Part shown: positions 62,150 through 64,000 of the stretch, in pieces
Position numbering within the stretch: position 1 is the first letter of the stretch
Layout: each line of letters opens with the position of its first letter
Origin: Anaeramoeba ignava BMAN
Taxonomy: Eukaryota > Protista > Anaeramoebae
DNA: 64,000 nucleotides
Assembly: GCA_028826165.1 (NCBI GenBank)
Contig: JAPDFW010000058.1
Span: 248,001 to 312,000, forward strand
Reading direction: 5' to 3'
Notes under the pieces: model-generated
The model's input: only the letters and a program-made list of their open reading frames with translations
Told to the model about the DNA's origin: nothing
Database searches by the model: none
Program-made: the position numbers and the translations under genes

Positions 62150-63943
62150 TTAATTTTGATTATTAAATTTGTTAATTAATAAATCAAATAAATTTGGATA
62201 TGTTTGATTTAATTGAAAATAATCAATTCCAATTTCAATTTCATCAATTATTTCTTGTGTAATTTGAATTTCATCTTTAATTTGATTTGAATAAATCCAA
62301 TATTCAAATATTTCAAATGATTTATTACTTAATTCACTATAATCTGTAACTTTATTTGATTTATCATTTGTTACAGATAAAAACATTCCTCGATATAATT
62401 CACTTCTCATTATTAATATTAATTTAGGAAATTTATATTGTTTTTCTTTTCTTTCAATAATAAAATCTTTTTCATTTTCATTTTCATTTTCATTTAAATA
62501 AATTCTTTTCATTGTTTCTTCAATTTTTTCATTTAAATTTATAATTTCTTTAATTTCAGAATATAATTTTGGATTTATTATTCTGTTTGAATAAATCATT
62601 TCAAATATTTGATTTGATTCTTTAATTGATTTATTTGAAATAATTTCTTGAAGTTTTTCAATTTCATTTTCATTTTGATTTAATCTATATTTCAATATTA
62701 ATTTATGAGCTTCAATTATTTCTCCATTTTTGGTTTTAAATGAAATATTACAAAATTCTTTTCTTCCAAATAATTTTATCAAATCTTCTTCAAGATTGGA
62801 AAAAGGAGAAAGAAAAGGAGAATAATAAAGAAATGAATTAAAATCTCCACAAGAAAGATGATAATTAGAAATATCTTCATTAAATATTAATTTAGGAAGT
62901 TCAATTTGAATTGGAATTGATTGATCTTTTGTATCTCCACTTCCTAATTCACCAAATAAATTATGTCCAAATCCAATTAATTTCCCATTTGATGTCAAAA
63001 TCAAACTATGAATATATCCAACTGAAAAATCAAGAATATTATTATCATTTTCAAATAAAGATGATTTGATTTCAGTAAATTCATAAGTATTTTCATCTTT
63101 GCCAAGTCCATTATATTGATAATTTCCGCATGAATAAAATTTTCTTTTTGGATTTTGATTTTCATCTTCATTTTCAATCAACATTATTGAGTGATCATAT
63201 CCACATTGAATATCAATTATTTTGCCTTTTGGAATATTTTGGATTTTGGTTAATTTTTGGATTTTAGTTTCTTTTCTTGATTCTCCTAATCCAAGTTGAC
63301 CATTATAATTTTCTCCGCATCCAAATAATTCTTGATTTGAATTTAAAAGAAAAACATGAATTGAACAATTTCCTGAAAATATTTTAGAAACATTTTTCAT
63401 CATTAAAATTGGTTTTTCTGTTTTTGGAAGTTTTTTAGAATCAAAACCAACTTGACCATAGTTATTTGAACCAATTCCATAAGCATTTTGATTTGAAGTT
63501 AATAAGTAAATTGAATTAGCTCCAGCAACAATATCTTGAATTATTCTATCATTTGTATCTTCAATTAATAATGAAATGTTGATAAATTCATTTGGATTAT
63601 TTGGATTAATATCTTTTCCTTTGGCAAATACATTTCTTTCTATTGTTAAAATAGCTTCATTTTCAAAACCAACAGTTACTTTTTGAATATTTTCTTCAAT
63701 TTGGATTTTTTCAGGATTTTGTTTTGAATATTTTAAATATTCTATTGCTTTTCCATTTTTAAAAAGGAAAATTGTTGAATTATCTCCTGTTGAAATTTGT
63801 TTAATTTGTTTTTCATTTTCATTTTCATTTTCATTTTCATTTTCATTTTCAAATTTAAATTGAATTGGTTTTATTATTTCTTTTGGTTCATTTTTGAAAA
63901 GTTTTGGATTTTCATTTGAACCAAAAAATAAAATTTCATTCAT
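62150..63943 (-). CDS. Intronless RCC1-repeat propeller plus two BTB-like domains, 597 aa
   Basis: RCC1 repeats GSNNYGQVG, GENYNGQLGLG, QCGYDHS and VGYIHSLILTSNGKLIGFGHNLFGELG. BTB motifs IEAHKLILKYRL and FPKLILIMRSELYRGMF...FEYWIYS. Confidence 0.92.
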   Translation of the reverse strand: MNEILFFGSNENPKLFKNEPKEIIKPIQFKFENENENENENENEKQIKQISTGDNSTIFLFKNGKAIEYLKYSKQNPEKIQIEENIQKVTVGFENEAILTIERNVFAKGKDINPNNPNEFINISLLIEDTNDRIIQDIVAGANSIYLLTSNQNAYGIGSNNYGQVGFDSKKLPKTEKPILMMKNVSKIFSGNCSIHVFLLNSNQELFGCGENYNGQLGLGESRKETKIQKLTKIQNIPKGKIIDIQCGYDHSIMLIENEDENQNPKRKFYSCGNYQYNGLGKDENTYEFTEIKSSLFENDNNILDFSVGYIHSLILTSNGKLIGFGHNLFGELGSGDTKDQSIPIQIELPKLIFNEDISNYHLSCGDFNSFLYYSPFLSPFSNLEEDLIKLFGRKEFCNISFKTKNGEIIEAHKLILKYRLNQNENEIEKLQEIISNKSIKESNQIFEMIYSNRIINPKLYSEIKEIINLNEKIEETMKRIYLNENENENEKDFIIERKEKQYKFPKLILIMRSELYRGMFLSVTNDKSNKVTDYSELSNKSFEIFEYWIYSNQIKDEIQITQEIIDEIEIGIDYFQLNQTYPNLFDLLINKFNNQN

Positions 63944-64000
63944 TTTTGAAAAGAAAAAAATGAAAAAAAATTTTTGAATTTTAATTTTAATTTTAATTTT

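Noticed and set aside
1-64000. Transposase, reverse transcriptase, intein/Hint, tRNA or rRNA genes
   Set aside because: No diagnostic motifs or structured GC-rich RNA segments were seen by eye; a covariance-model scan was not possible.

Overview
Extremely AT-rich eukaryotic genomic DNA with the standard code and GT-AG spliceosomal introns. The gene set and style (PPi-dependent PFK, intronless BTB-TLDc and RCC1-BTB genes, QN/EN/DK coding microsatellites) suggest an anaerobic protist, most plausibly an Anaeramoeba-like metamonad; this is inference only. About 16 protein genes plus one gene relic can be reconstructed by hand. In order: a frameshifted RNF213/mysterin-like giant AAA gene (runs off the left edge), Tom40, a PX-BAR sorting nexin with a huge low-complexity N-terminus, a HEXIM-like protein, a Kir channel, POP1, a BTB-TLDc gene, an RCC1-BTB relic, a BTB-BACK-TLDc gene, membrin, PPi-PFK, PIG-N, a small SAP30, RPL3 and RPS16 head-to-head, an unrecognised C4-zinc-finger/leucine-zipper gene, APC11 and an RCC1-BTB-BTB gene. 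SAP30 and APC11 are absent from the ORF track, and the zinc-finger gene appears there only as its first exon. Most ORF-track entries are spurious translations of repeats. The dominant architecture is that almost every long intron is filled with its own short-unit tandem repeat, while larger satellites (87, ~141, 144 bp units and higher-order arrays) sit upstream of promoters. The strongest leads are: a possible ubiquitin-based recognition system (variable-loop BTB-TLDc adaptors plus an RNF213 with degenerate ATPase sites), the HEXIM homologue, the zinc-finger/zipper protein, an RPL3 start codon split by an intron, and a recurring TTTTCA Inr-like element. Many frameshifts fall in homopolymers and are probably long-read errors.
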